Origin: Chloroflexota bacterium
GTDB taxonomy: Bacteria > Chloroflexota > UBA11872
NCBI GenBank assembly: GCA_965219705.1
Contig: OZ244789.1
Span: 2,221,627 to 2,285,626 of the forward strand
Reading direction: 5' to 3'
Length of the DNA: 64,000 nt
Position 1 is the first letter of the stretch; each line of letters starts with the position of its first letter. Below are positions 54,960-62,712 of this stretch, in pieces. The notes beneath the pieces were generated by a model. It ran no database searches, was not told the origin of the DNA, and worked only from the letters and a program-made list of their open reading frames with translations. Made by a program: the position numbers and the translations under genes.

Positions 54960-56045
54960 CTATGGCGCCAGCAACCCAACGCAGTCGAGGTCGACGACCG
55001 CGCCCGCGACGCGCTCCGCCAGCACGTCGAACACCGACCATGCCGCTGTGCCTTCGGGCATGACCCTTGTGGTGAGGACGACGATTCGCGACAGCACGTC
55101 CGCCATCGCGAGCCGGTAGTCGGTCATGCACTGCTCGGCGGTGTAATCGGTGACGCCATCCCGCGCCAGCCCCGCCTGATACGCGCGCAGCACGGCCATC
55201 TCCAGCGAGTGCCGCGTCCCGCGGGCCGTTGCCGACACCAGGAAATAAGCCACGTCCATCAGGCCCGGCCCGCGAAGCATCACCTGCCAGTCGACCAACG
55301 CCGCGGGTGCGCCGGCTCCACCCGCCGCGAACATCACGTTGTCGGGACGGAAGTCGCCGTGCAACAGGGTTGGCGGTGCTTGGGCCAAGGCGTGCCGGAC
55401 GGTGTCCAAGCCATCGATTAGCGCCGGACCGATGGTGTCGAAAAAGTCGGGAAAATGGTTTCGATACCGTTCCACGAACTCCGGCCAGGCCTCGCGGCAG
55501 ATCGCGTGGCGGGTCCCGGTCAGCTGGTCGAAGACCGGGATCCAGTCCAGCGACGCGAGCGCGTCGCTCTCCCACCACGCGCTGTGCATGCCCGCCACGC
55601 AGGCGACGGCCGCGTGGACCTGCGCCGGTGAGCAACCCGCCACCGGGTCGCCGGCGCGGGCCGGGGCCAGGTCTTCGAGCAGCAGCGCGTACCGCGGTCC
55701 GTCCGAAACTGCAAAGTACATCGACGCCGTCGGGACGCTCGCCCGATGTGCCAATTCCCGATAGAAGCGGATTTCCCGGTCGGCCGCGCGCAGACGCCGG
55801 ATCAGGTCGCGCGTGATCGCGTTGGGGCTGTGCAGTTTGACGACGAAGCTGGTCGGCGTGTCACCGGCCTCGCTGTCATAGGTCGCGCGCAGGCGCCGTA
55901 ACTGTCCCGCGAACCCCTGGCTCCCGCCCAGCGCCTCCACCTGAACGGCTGTGACCGTGCCGTCGGTGAGCACCCCGCTCAACCGCAGCGCGCGCGTGAG
56001 CCACGGCGCGTCGATCGCCGCCGCGTCGGCGGGCACGTCAGGCAT
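54960..56045 (-). CDS. phosphotransferase enzyme family protein (APH/choline-kinase-like)
   Basis: Brenner catalytic loop LLHGDFRPDNVMF (HGDxxxxN) and downstream DWQ (Mg-binding Asp) motif. Confidence 0.65.
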   Translation of the reverse strand: MPDVPADAAAIDAPWLTRALRLSGVLTDGTVTAVQVEALGGSQGFAGQLRRLRATYDSEAGDTPTSFVVKLHSPNAITRDLIRRLRAADREIRFYRELAHRASVPTASMYFAVSDGPRYALLLEDLAPARAGDPVAGCSPAQVHAAVACVAGMHSAWWESDALASLDWIPVFDQLTGTRHAICREAWPEFVERYRNHFPDFFDTIGPALIDGLDTVRHALAQAPPTLLHGDFRPDNVMFAAGGAGAPAALVDWQVMLRGPGLMDVAYFLVSATARGTRHSLEMAVLRAYQAGLARDGVTDYTAEQCMTDYRLAMADVLSRIVVLTTRVMPEGTAAWSVFDVLAERVAGAVVDLDCVGLLAP

Positions 56046-56141
56046 GGATAGCTACCAGCATGTGGTGCATTGAGGGCTGCCGCACGGGTTAATCATGCCT
56101 GGCTGGCTCCCCGGCCGAAGTGTGGCGGCTCGTAGAGTTCC

Positions 56142-56166
56142 GTCATTCCCGCGAAAGCGGGAATCC
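56142..56166. repeat. ATTCCC-N8-GGGAAT palindrome (gtcattcccgcgaaagcgggaatcc), inverse-oriented copy of 30567..30589
   Basis: Seen directly. Produces the spurious RHSRESGNP peptide at the start of ORF 56120. Confidence 0.7.
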
Positions 56167-56269
56167 ACGCCACCCCACCGGTGGGCCAACAGAGCGCGCT
56201 GGGCGTCTCCCCGCAGGGACTACACTTCGGCTGCGTCGTCCGATCGCGTCACACGCCGGTCTTCCCCCC

Positions 56270-57184
56270 ATGCCCAAGATCCCGTTTGCCTACAGCCTTG
56301 TGGCTAACGAGGTGAGCGACGACCTCGACAAGTCCATGTCCTTCGCCGTGACGCACGGCATGTCGGCGCTGGAACTCGACACGGCGTGGGGCGTGCCCAT
56401 CGAGACGTCCGACGCCGCTGCCCGCGCGCGGGTCCGTGATGCCCTGCACGGTGCCGGCCTCGAAGCGACCATGGTGCTGTCGCCTGCCTTCAAGGCCCTG
56501 CGGCTGGCGGATGCCGACCGTGACAACCTCTCGTCACTTCCCGGCTGGCGGGAGCACCTGGACCTGCTGACGGCCGCGATGGACTTCGCCGCGGCCATCG
56601 GCTGCCCGCGGGTGCGGCTGTTCACCGGACGCCGCGACGTGGGCGGCGACAACCCCAGCCCCCGCCTGCCCGACGGCGGCGGCCTGCCCGCCGAGCGCCT
56701 CGACGTGATCCGCCTGATCTTGCTCGACGCGGCCCGTCGCGCCGAAGACCTCGGGCTCACGCTGTGCGTTGAGAACGTGCGCAGCTGCTTCGGCAATACC
56801 GGCGGCAACACGGCGCAAATCCTGGCGGCCGTCGACCACGCGTCGGTGCGCGCCATCTGGGACCCCGCCAACGATTTCGTCTCCGGCGGCGAGGGCTTCC
56901 GCGCGGGCTACGAGGCGGTCAAGCCCTGGATGGTCCACGTCCACGCCAAGGACGCCACCGTGGTCGATCCGGCCACGGGACTCACGGCCTGGACCGCCAT
57001 CGGCCAGGGCGATCTCGACTGGCCGGCACAGATTCGCGCCCTGCTGGACGATGGCTATAGGGGCCGCATCAGCCTGGAAACTCACTGGCACCCGGAAGGC
57101 CGCAGCCGCGCACAGAACTCTCACGACTCCTTCACCGGCCTGCGCCGCGCGCTTCAAGCAGCCCTCCGGTCCCCTCGCCCTTGA
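56270..57184 (+). CDS. sugar phosphate isomerase/epimerase (xylose isomerase-like TIM barrel), third copy in the window
   Basis: Start MPKIPFAYSL; CVENVR, WDPAND, HVHAKD motifs. The ORF-track start at 56120 runs through the palindromic repeat. Confidence 0.75.
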   Translation: MPKIPFAYSLVANEVSDDLDKSMSFAVTHGMSALELDTAWGVPIETSDAAARARVRDALHGAGLEATMVLSPAFKALRLADADRDNLSSLPGWREHLDLLTAAMDFAAAIGCPRVRLFTGRRDVGGDNPSPRLPDGGGLPAERLDVIRLILLDAARRAEDLGLTLCVENVRSCFGNTGGNTAQILAAVDHASVRAIWDPANDFVSGGEGFRAGYEAVKPWMVHVHAKDATVVDPATGLTAWTAIGQGDLDWPAQIRALLDDGYRGRISLETHWHPEGRSRAQNSHDSFTGLRRALQAALRSPRP

Positions 57185-57375
57185 TGGGAGATGGCTAGGG
57201 TGAGGGTGCAACCGAGCGACGCTTCCACTGGATGCCTACCAAAGGAAGCAACCTGATCCACGGGGCGGTTGACTGAGCCGCGCGGCGCGCGCATTCTCAT
57301 TTGGTTGGATAATGTCGGTGGCGCGTCGCCGTGATCCGGCGAACGTGACGACGTTCGGGTCGACGCGAGGGGGAC

Positions 57376-57648
57376 ATGGCCGAGGAACGCCAGCAAATCC
57401 TCATCCTGCATTCGGGCCGTCTTGATCTCGGGGGACCTGTCGTTGCCTGGGCGCTGTTTGACGGCGCGCAGGCTGACGACGACCGCCAGATGAAGACCGG
57501 CGACGCGGACGAGCCGCCCTACGCCAGCGTGGTGGATGCCATGCGCGACGGCTGGCGAGTCATTCAGTTGCCTCAACCGCCGAGCGAGCTTGATCGTGGT
57601 CACCTCGACCACGAATACGTGCTGGAGAGGATGGTGTCCATCCCATGA
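57376..57648 (+). CDS. hypothetical small acidic protein (90 aa)
   Basis: ORF whose stop overlaps (ATGA) the start of the downstream PhyH gene, suggesting coupling. No motif. Confidence 0.35.
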   Translation: MAEERQQILILHSGRLDLGGPVVAWALFDGAQADDDRQMKTGDADEPPYASVVDAMRDGWRVIQLPQPPSELDRGHLDHEYVLERMVSIP

Positions 57649-58460
57649 TTACCGCCGCCCCGCCCGCCGATACCGCCGCGCGTCTGGATATCCGCCAGAT
57701 GGCCCAGTTCGTCATGGACGGATTCATCGAGTTCGACGACCTGGTGCCTGACGACCTCAACGCTGCGGTCTACGAAGAGCAGTTCCGAGCCCCGGACAAC
57801 GCCCGCTGGGAGCCCAATACGCCCAACGTGTTCCTGGACGCGTCGCCCGCGACCCAGGCCGTGCTCGAGCTGCCGCGCGTGCGGGCGATCCTCGCCAGCC
57901 TGCTCGGCCCATCGTTCATCCACGACCACTCGTATCTGCACATCACGCCGGCAGGCCAGCGCAGCGCCCAGCCCTGGCACGTCGATCACGACCGGGCCGG
58001 CCGGCGTCTGACGCGGGACGACATCCACCGCTTCAACGTCCTGATCGCCTACTTCAGCCACGACGTGCCGCGCGAGATGGGACCCACGCTGATCCTGCCC
58101 GGCTCGCACTTGCGCGACGTGGCCCACGACATCTCGCGCTATCGCAACATCGACGGGCAAAAGCACCTGTCCGGTCCCGGCGGGCGCATCGCGTTCCTGC
58201 ACGACGCCCTGTGGCACTGCGCCCAGCCCAACCTCACCGACCAGCGGCGCTTCATGTTCAAGGTGCGCTACCACCCCGCCGAGCCCCAACGCGGCCACTT
58301 CGACGCCACGGGCTGGGACAGCCCCGAAACCTGGCGGCTGTTCCGTGACAACGTGAACCGTCACGCCTGGCAAGGCTCATCCAGCGACCGCGTCGCCGCC
58401 CTCCGCGACGACTGGTGGGGTTACCTCTGCGGGGCCGAGTCCGACAACGGAGCGGCGTAG
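57645..58460 (+). CDS. phytanoyl-CoA dioxygenase (PhyH) family protein
   Basis: WHVDHD (HxD) and downstream His/Arg (ALWHCAQPN...RR) in the PhyH arrangement. Confidence 0.6.
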   Translation: MITAAPPADTAARLDIRQMAQFVMDGFIEFDDLVPDDLNAAVYEEQFRAPDNARWEPNTPNVFLDASPATQAVLELPRVRAILASLLGPSFIHDHSYLHITPAGQRSAQPWHVDHDRAGRRLTRDDIHRFNVLIAYFSHDVPREMGPTLILPGSHLRDVAHDISRYRNIDGQKHLSGPGGRIAFLHDALWHCAQPNLTDQRRFMFKVRYHPAEPQRGHFDATGWDSPETWRLFRDNVNRHAWQGSSSDRVAALRDDWWGYLCGAESDNGAA

Positions 58461-58500
58461 GCTTCGTCGCCAAGCTTCCGCGCGGTCGGAGCTTGCAATT

Positions 58501-58827
58501 TCAGGCGTGCAGCAAGCGCCGCTGCAGCAGCGTCTGCATGTCGCGCCGGCCGTCGGCGATCACCAGCACGTAGACGCTGCTGGCCTTCACGCGGTAAATG
58601 ATGCGATACGGCTTGAAGAAGATCTCACGGTACTCGCGAATCCCGACGTCCAGCAGTTCCTTCGGATAGCTCCCGCGGTGGGGGTGCTCGGATAGGCCGC
58701 CGAAGGCTCGTTCGATGCGCTCCAGCACATAGTTCGCCTCGCCGAGTGAGCGGCGCTGGCTGATGTCGTCGTAGATGTCCTCCAAGTCGCGCGCCGCGTC
58801 GGCGGTCAACTGGACCACGAGGGGCAT
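58501..58827 (-). CDS. parE: type II toxin, ParE/RelE superfamily
   Basis: 108 aa. ...IREYREIFFKPYRIIYRVKASSVYVLVIADGRRD C-terminal motif typical of ParE/RelE. Confidence 0.8.
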   Translation of the reverse strand: MPLVVQLTADAARDLEDIYDDISQRRSLGEANYVLERIERAFGGLSEHPHRGSYPKELLDVGIREYREIFFKPYRIIYRVKASSVYVLVIADGRRDMQTLLQRRLLHA

Positions 58828-59102
58828 CAGCGGGTCGGTTGCCGCTCCCGCAGCCGCGCGACGACCTCGGCGGCGGGCTGCACCTCACCCGCGGCGATCT
58901 GGCGGTCGCCCAAGGCCAGGATCTTGAGCAGCGCCAGGCTCTCCTGCATCTGTTCATAGCTGCCGATGTCCTGCAAGACCGCTTTGGCTTCGCCGTTCTG
59001 CGTGATGATCAACGGCTCGGGCCGCTCCGCAAGCGTGCGCACGATCTCGGCGGCATGGGCCTTGACATAACTGATCGGCTTGATCTGGCTGGACAGTTTC
59101 AC
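58827..59102 (-). CDS. phd: type II antitoxin, Phd/YefM family
   Basis: 91 aa. ISYVKAHAAEIVRTLAERPEPLIITQNGEAKAVL is the Phd/YefM N-terminal fold. ATGA overlap with the parE start. Confidence 0.8.
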   Translation of the reverse strand: MKLSSQIKPISYVKAHAAEIVRTLAERPEPLIITQNGEAKAVLQDIGSYEQMQESLALLKILALGDRQIAAGEVQPAAEVVARLRERQPTR

Positions 59103-59222
59103 GCGCCACCTCTCCTTCAGGCCAAATATAGACCATAAACAGGTCGTCAGCCGGCGTCTGTCTCGGAGGTCGCCAGACGCCGGTCGATTTTGGGTGCTCT
59201 GACGCCGGACCGCGTTCTTGCG

Positions 59223-59615
59223 CTACGTCGAAGGCTTCGGACGTACAGCGGCGAGCGATTGATCGAAGGTCATGATCTCGCGCACGCCGCGGCGCCGGCA
59301 GCTTGCCAGGTGGCAATGGTCACGCGCGCCCAGCTCGGGATGTTGGTCGTGAAGCTGTCGAGCCAGCGTGACGTCCGCCGCTTCCAGCGCCCACACCTGC
59401 ACCGCCGCTCGCCTCATCAGATCCAAGGCATCGTCCAACGCGCCGTATCTCCGGACGGGCAGATAGGCATGCAGCAGCTCCTGCAGGACCTCGGCGGATG
59501 TGCAGAGCGGTTCGGCATTGAGGAGTGACTCGTCGAAGAAATCACGCGCGCGAGATTGAAGCGGGTGCGGTTTCCCAATGGCATACATGAAGACGTTGGT
59601 ATCGACGAAAGTCAT
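59223..59615 (-). CDS. vapC: PIN-domain toxin VapC
   Basis: Start MTFVDTNVFMYA (first acidic residue of the PIN domain), with downstream conserved Asp/Glu positions. Confidence 0.75.
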   Translation of the reverse strand: MTFVDTNVFMYAIGKPHPLQSRARDFFDESLLNAEPLCTSAEVLQELLHAYLPVRRYGALDDALDLMRRAAVQVWALEAADVTLARQLHDQHPELGARDHCHLASCRRRGVREIMTFDQSLAAVRPKPST

Positions 59616-59887
59616 ACGTTGGGAATTCCCGCTGCCCGCGACTCGTCGATCGCACGCAAATGCTCTTCCCAATCAGGTTCAATACCCGAGCCTCGCCGGG
59701 CGTCGCATTCTTCGAAGAACCGCCTCAGGTCCCCCGGGGATTTGAACCGTTCGACCCGCTGGCGGTCTTCGAAACGCTCCTGAGCGGCGGCCCGAAGCCA
59801 CGCGCTGAACGTCAGGCCCTCTTTGCGCGCCTGATGCACAAACCGGTCGCGGTCCTCGTCGGGGATGATCAGCTGAACTCTGGCCAT
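59612..59887 (-). CDS. vapB: ribbon-helix-helix (CopG-like) antitoxin VapB
   Basis: Start MARVQLIIPDEDRDRFVHQARKEGLTFSAWLRAAAQERF, the RHH fold pattern. Stop overlaps the vapC start (ATGA). Confidence 0.7.
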   Translation of the reverse strand: MARVQLIIPDEDRDRFVHQARKEGLTFSAWLRAAAQERFEDRQRVERFKSPGDLRRFFEECDARRGSGIEPDWEEHLRAIDESRAAGIPNV

Positions 59888-59911
59888 CGGGACCGCAGCC
59901 TGCATGTGGAT

Positions 59912-59932
59912 ATGTGTATACAGGATACACAT
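59912..59932. promoter_or_regulatory. palindromic operator atgtgtat-acagg-atacacat upstream of vapB
   Basis: Perfect 8-bp inverted repeat 25 bp upstream of the vapB start, in the only AT-rich patch nearby. Type II antitoxins of the RHH class autoregulate at such sites. Confidence 0.5.
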
Positions 59933-59986
59933 CACTGGTCCGGCAGCGCTCGTGTGCTCGGTGGCGCAGGCCGTTATGGTTCCCGC

Positions 59987-60598
59987 ATGGGCGATCGACT
60001 GCCGGCGGACCTGACGTTTCGAGCGGTTGAGGCGTCGACCTGGGCTGACTTTGAGCACCTCTTCGAGTCGCGCGGCGGGCCGTCGTACTGCTGGTGCATG
60101 CCGTATCGGGCGACGGCGGATGAGAACCGGCGGCTTGACCGCGAGACCCGGAAAGCGGGCATGCGGGCGCGCGTGATGGCGGGCGTGCCGGTGGGGCTGC
60201 TGGCCTACGCCGGCGGCGAGCCCGTCGGGTGGTGCTCCGTCGCGCCGCGGACCACGTTTCCGCGGCCCAACACGGCGGCCGTCCCCGGCGCCGCCCGCGC
60301 CGATGACCCGTCGGTCTGGTCGCTCACCTGCTTCTTCGCGCCGCGGCGCTTGCGCGGTTGCGGCCTGGCGTCGCGTCTGCTGCGGGCCGCGATTGCCTAT
60401 GCCCGCGAGCAGGGCGCGTCGGCGGTCGAGGCCTATCCCGTCGATCCCGACTCCCCGAGCTATCGCTATGGCGGATTAAGCCCCATGTTCGAGGCTGTCG
60501 GCGCCCGAGATCTTGGGCCGCTGGGCCGACGGCGGCACGTCGTGCGCATCGATCTGGCAGACGCGGCGGCGTCGGAGGGCTCTCAGGAGCGGCGCTAA
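59987..60598 (+). CDS. GNAT family N-acetyltransferase
   Basis: Start MGDRLPADLTFRAVE; GPSYCWCMPYR and RGCGLASRLLRAAIAYAREQGA (acetyl-CoA binding R/Q-x-x-G-x-G/A-like) motifs. Confidence 0.65.
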   Translation: MGDRLPADLTFRAVEASTWADFEHLFESRGGPSYCWCMPYRATADENRRLDRETRKAGMRARVMAGVPVGLLAYAGGEPVGWCSVAPRTTFPRPNTAAVPGAARADDPSVWSLTCFFAPRRLRGCGLASRLLRAAIAYAREQGASAVEAYPVDPDSPSYRYGGLSPMFEAVGARDLGPLGRRRHVVRIDLADAAASEGSQERR

Positions 60599-60631
60599 AC
60601 AGGGCTGGTCGGCGCGGAAATGGGTCCGGTC

Positions 60632-60767
60632 CCTTCTCCCCTGGCGGGAGAAGGTGAGAGCCTGCCCCGTACCGCGATACGGGGATGAGGGGGGATTCCT
60701 CGCCGGCGCGGCCGGTCCCCCTGCCCACCCCCCCTCACCCCAACCCTCTCCCACGGTGGGGAGAGGG
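60632..60767. repeat. cluster of three stem-loops of the paired-hairpin repeat family
   Basis: ccttctcccctggcgggagaagg (60632..60654), ccccgtaccgcgatacgggg (60665..60684), ccctctcccacggtggggagaggg (60744..60767). Confidence 0.7.
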
Positions 60768-60842
60768 GGCTAGGACCACCGGCTCGCGGCATTTGCGCCG
60801 CGTGTCGTGCGGCTGCACTGATATGGGAGCCTAGCCGCCGTA

Positions 60843-61742
60843 ATGGGATACCTCGTAGCCGCCGTGGTCCTCGCCGTGACGTTTGGGCTCATTCAGCGCG
60901 CGGCTCAGCGGCGGCGGGTCCATTACTTCCACGTGGCGTGGACCAACTACGTCGTCGCCGCGCTCGTGGCGCTGGTCTGGGTGGCTGCTCGGGACGGCTG
61001 GGCGGCCGAGCCACTGGTCTACTGGGTCGGCGTGCTCAACGGCGTCGGCTTCGCCGTCCTCATCGTGTTGCAGTACTTCATGCTTGGGCAGCGGGGCGTG
61101 GGCGTCACGTTTGCGCTCGGCTCGCTGGCGTTGATCGCGCCGATCACGGCATCGCTGGTGGTGTTCGGCGAGCCGGCCGAGGCGGTCACGCTCAGCGGCA
61201 TCGCGCTGCTCGTCATCGCCGCGCCCCTGATCGCCTATCGCCGCATGCCCTTGCTCCCCGCGGCCAAGGTGGGTCTGTATTGGGCGCTGGTTGCGGGTCT
61301 GCTGGGATTCACCGCGGCCACGCTGGTTTCATGGAAGTTCATCAACGAGGTCACGCCCGCCGCCGATCGCGGGGCCTTCGTGTTCGCGACGTTTGCCGGC
61401 GCGACGGCGACGGCGGCCCTGACGCTCGCCATACGGCGCTGTCGTGATGGTCCGGGACCGCCATTGCGAAGGGAGCGCTTGGACCGGCCCCGTGCCCTGT
61501 CGTTGATCCCGTTGCCAATCGCCATGGGCGTCGGCCTGGGCCTGTGCAACGTCGTGCAGCTCTGGCTGTTCCTGGCCGCGCTGCGTGAGGTCCCGGGCGC
61601 CGTGGCATTCCCGGTGCACAGCGCGGGCACCGTGTTGCTCATCACTCTGGCCGGGTGGGTCGTCTGGCGCGAACGGCACGGTCCCGTCACCTTGCTGGGG
61701 ATCGCGGCGGCGCTTGCGGGGCTGGTGCTGGTCAATCTCTGA
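60843..61742 (+). CDS. EamA/DMT-family transporter (10 TM)
   Basis: 299 aa. Two 5-TM halves; hydrophobic profile of the drug/metabolite transporter family. Confidence 0.6.
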   Translation: MGYLVAAVVLAVTFGLIQRAAQRRRVHYFHVAWTNYVVAALVALVWVAARDGWAAEPLVYWVGVLNGVGFAVLIVLQYFMLGQRGVGVTFALGSLALIAPITASLVVFGEPAEAVTLSGIALLVIAAPLIAYRRMPLLPAAKVGLYWALVAGLLGFTAATLVSWKFINEVTPAADRGAFVFATFAGATATAALTLAIRRCRDGPGPPLRRERLDRPRALSLIPLPIAMGVGLGLCNVVQLWLFLAALREVPGAVAFPVHSAGTVLLITLAGWVVWRERHGPVTLLGIAAALAGLVLVNL

Positions 61743-61763
61743 GCAGTGCGCCATCCCCTTCAC

Positions 61764-61816
61764 CCCCGTATCGCGGTACGGGGCAAGCTCTAGCCATCTT
61801 CCTCGGTGGGAAGAGG
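61764..61816. repeat. paired-hairpin element (ccccgtatcgcggtacgggg + tcttcctcggtgggaaga)
   Basis: Same two hairpin types as at 14082..14136 and 60632..60767. Confidence 0.7.
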
Positions 61817-61919
61817 GAACCGGACTGCCGCAGGGACGGGCTCTGACCGCTGCTCTGCCCGGTCCCCGGCGTCGCTCCAACCCGACGCCAGATGTCGCGC
61901 TATTGGGAAAGAAGACAAC

Positions 61920-62477
61920 TCAGCCGGCCGCGTCATAGTCGGCCCTGGTGAGCGCCAGATCGTACTCGGCGTCGGACCCAGGCCCGGCGGCGTGGTCGAT
62001 GCCTGCGGCGACCGCGAAGCCGAGCGATTCGAACATGCGCCGGCTGCGCACATTCTCCGCGTCGACGCACGCGTAGATGACGTCCACGCCCTCGCGGCGG
62101 AAGCCGAAGTCCAGCAGCAGCCCCACCGCCTCGCGACCCAGCCCTTGCCCCCAGAGCGCCGGCACGCCGATGGCGATGTCGATGCGCCGCACGTCCTGGC
62201 CGTGATGGCGCGCCACGAGCCGTTGCAGGTTCATGCGCTGCAGCCAGCATTCACCGATGGGCTCGCCGTTCAATTCCATGAGAAAGCAGTGGGCGTTGAC
62301 GGATATGGCGCGATAGATCCGCTGCACCTCGTCCAGCGTGCTTGACTGCCCTTCGTTGCCCTCGGACCACTGGAGCACCGAGGGGTCGTTGTTCCAGGCC
62401 AGCAGCGGCGCCCAGTCGTCCTCGGTCAGCGGGCGCAGCAGCCCTCGCGGTCCACGCAGGGTGACATCGTGCGTCTG
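61920..62477 (-). CDS. GNAT family N-acetyltransferase (RimJ/RimL-like)
   Basis: ...VTLRGPRGLLRPLTEDDWAPL (typical RimL-type N-terminus), ALWGQGLGREAVGLLLDFGF (motif A), and C-terminus. No in-frame ATG at the expected start, so a GTG/TTG start is likely. The ORF-track start at 62936 is a 150-aa non-homologous extension. Confidence 0.6.
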   Translation of the reverse strand, partial: QTHDVTLRGPRGLLRPLTEDDWAPLLAWNNDPSVLQWSEGNEGQSSTLDEVQRIYRAISVNAHCFLMELNGEPIGECWLQRMNLQRLVARHHGQDVRRIDIAIGVPALWGQGLGREAVGLLLDFGFRREGVDVIYACVDAENVRSRRMFESLGFAVAAGIDHAAGPGSDAEYDLALTRADYDAAG

Positions 62478-62712
62478 GAGCTTGGTCGGCGGTCGCGCAA
62501 GTGCTCGACGATGCTCCGGCGTTGTCTCCGGGTTCAGTCCCTGGCGGGGCGTTCCACTTGGACGCCCTGATTCCAACTCGCCGCCACTCACATTTGCCTG
62601 CTGATGTAGGGGCGGTTCGCGAACCGCCCGATGCCAGCTCAGCCTCAGCCTGCCACAGGGCCCAACACGCCTATACTCCCGGCGCAGCCCTGCCGTTCTA
62701 CGCCGCGTCCCC

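Noticed and set aside
53209-55119. 636-aa plus-strand ORF overlapping the PmoA-like and MFS genes
   Set aside because: It has extreme Arg/Gly/Ala composition and conflicts with two motif-supported genes.
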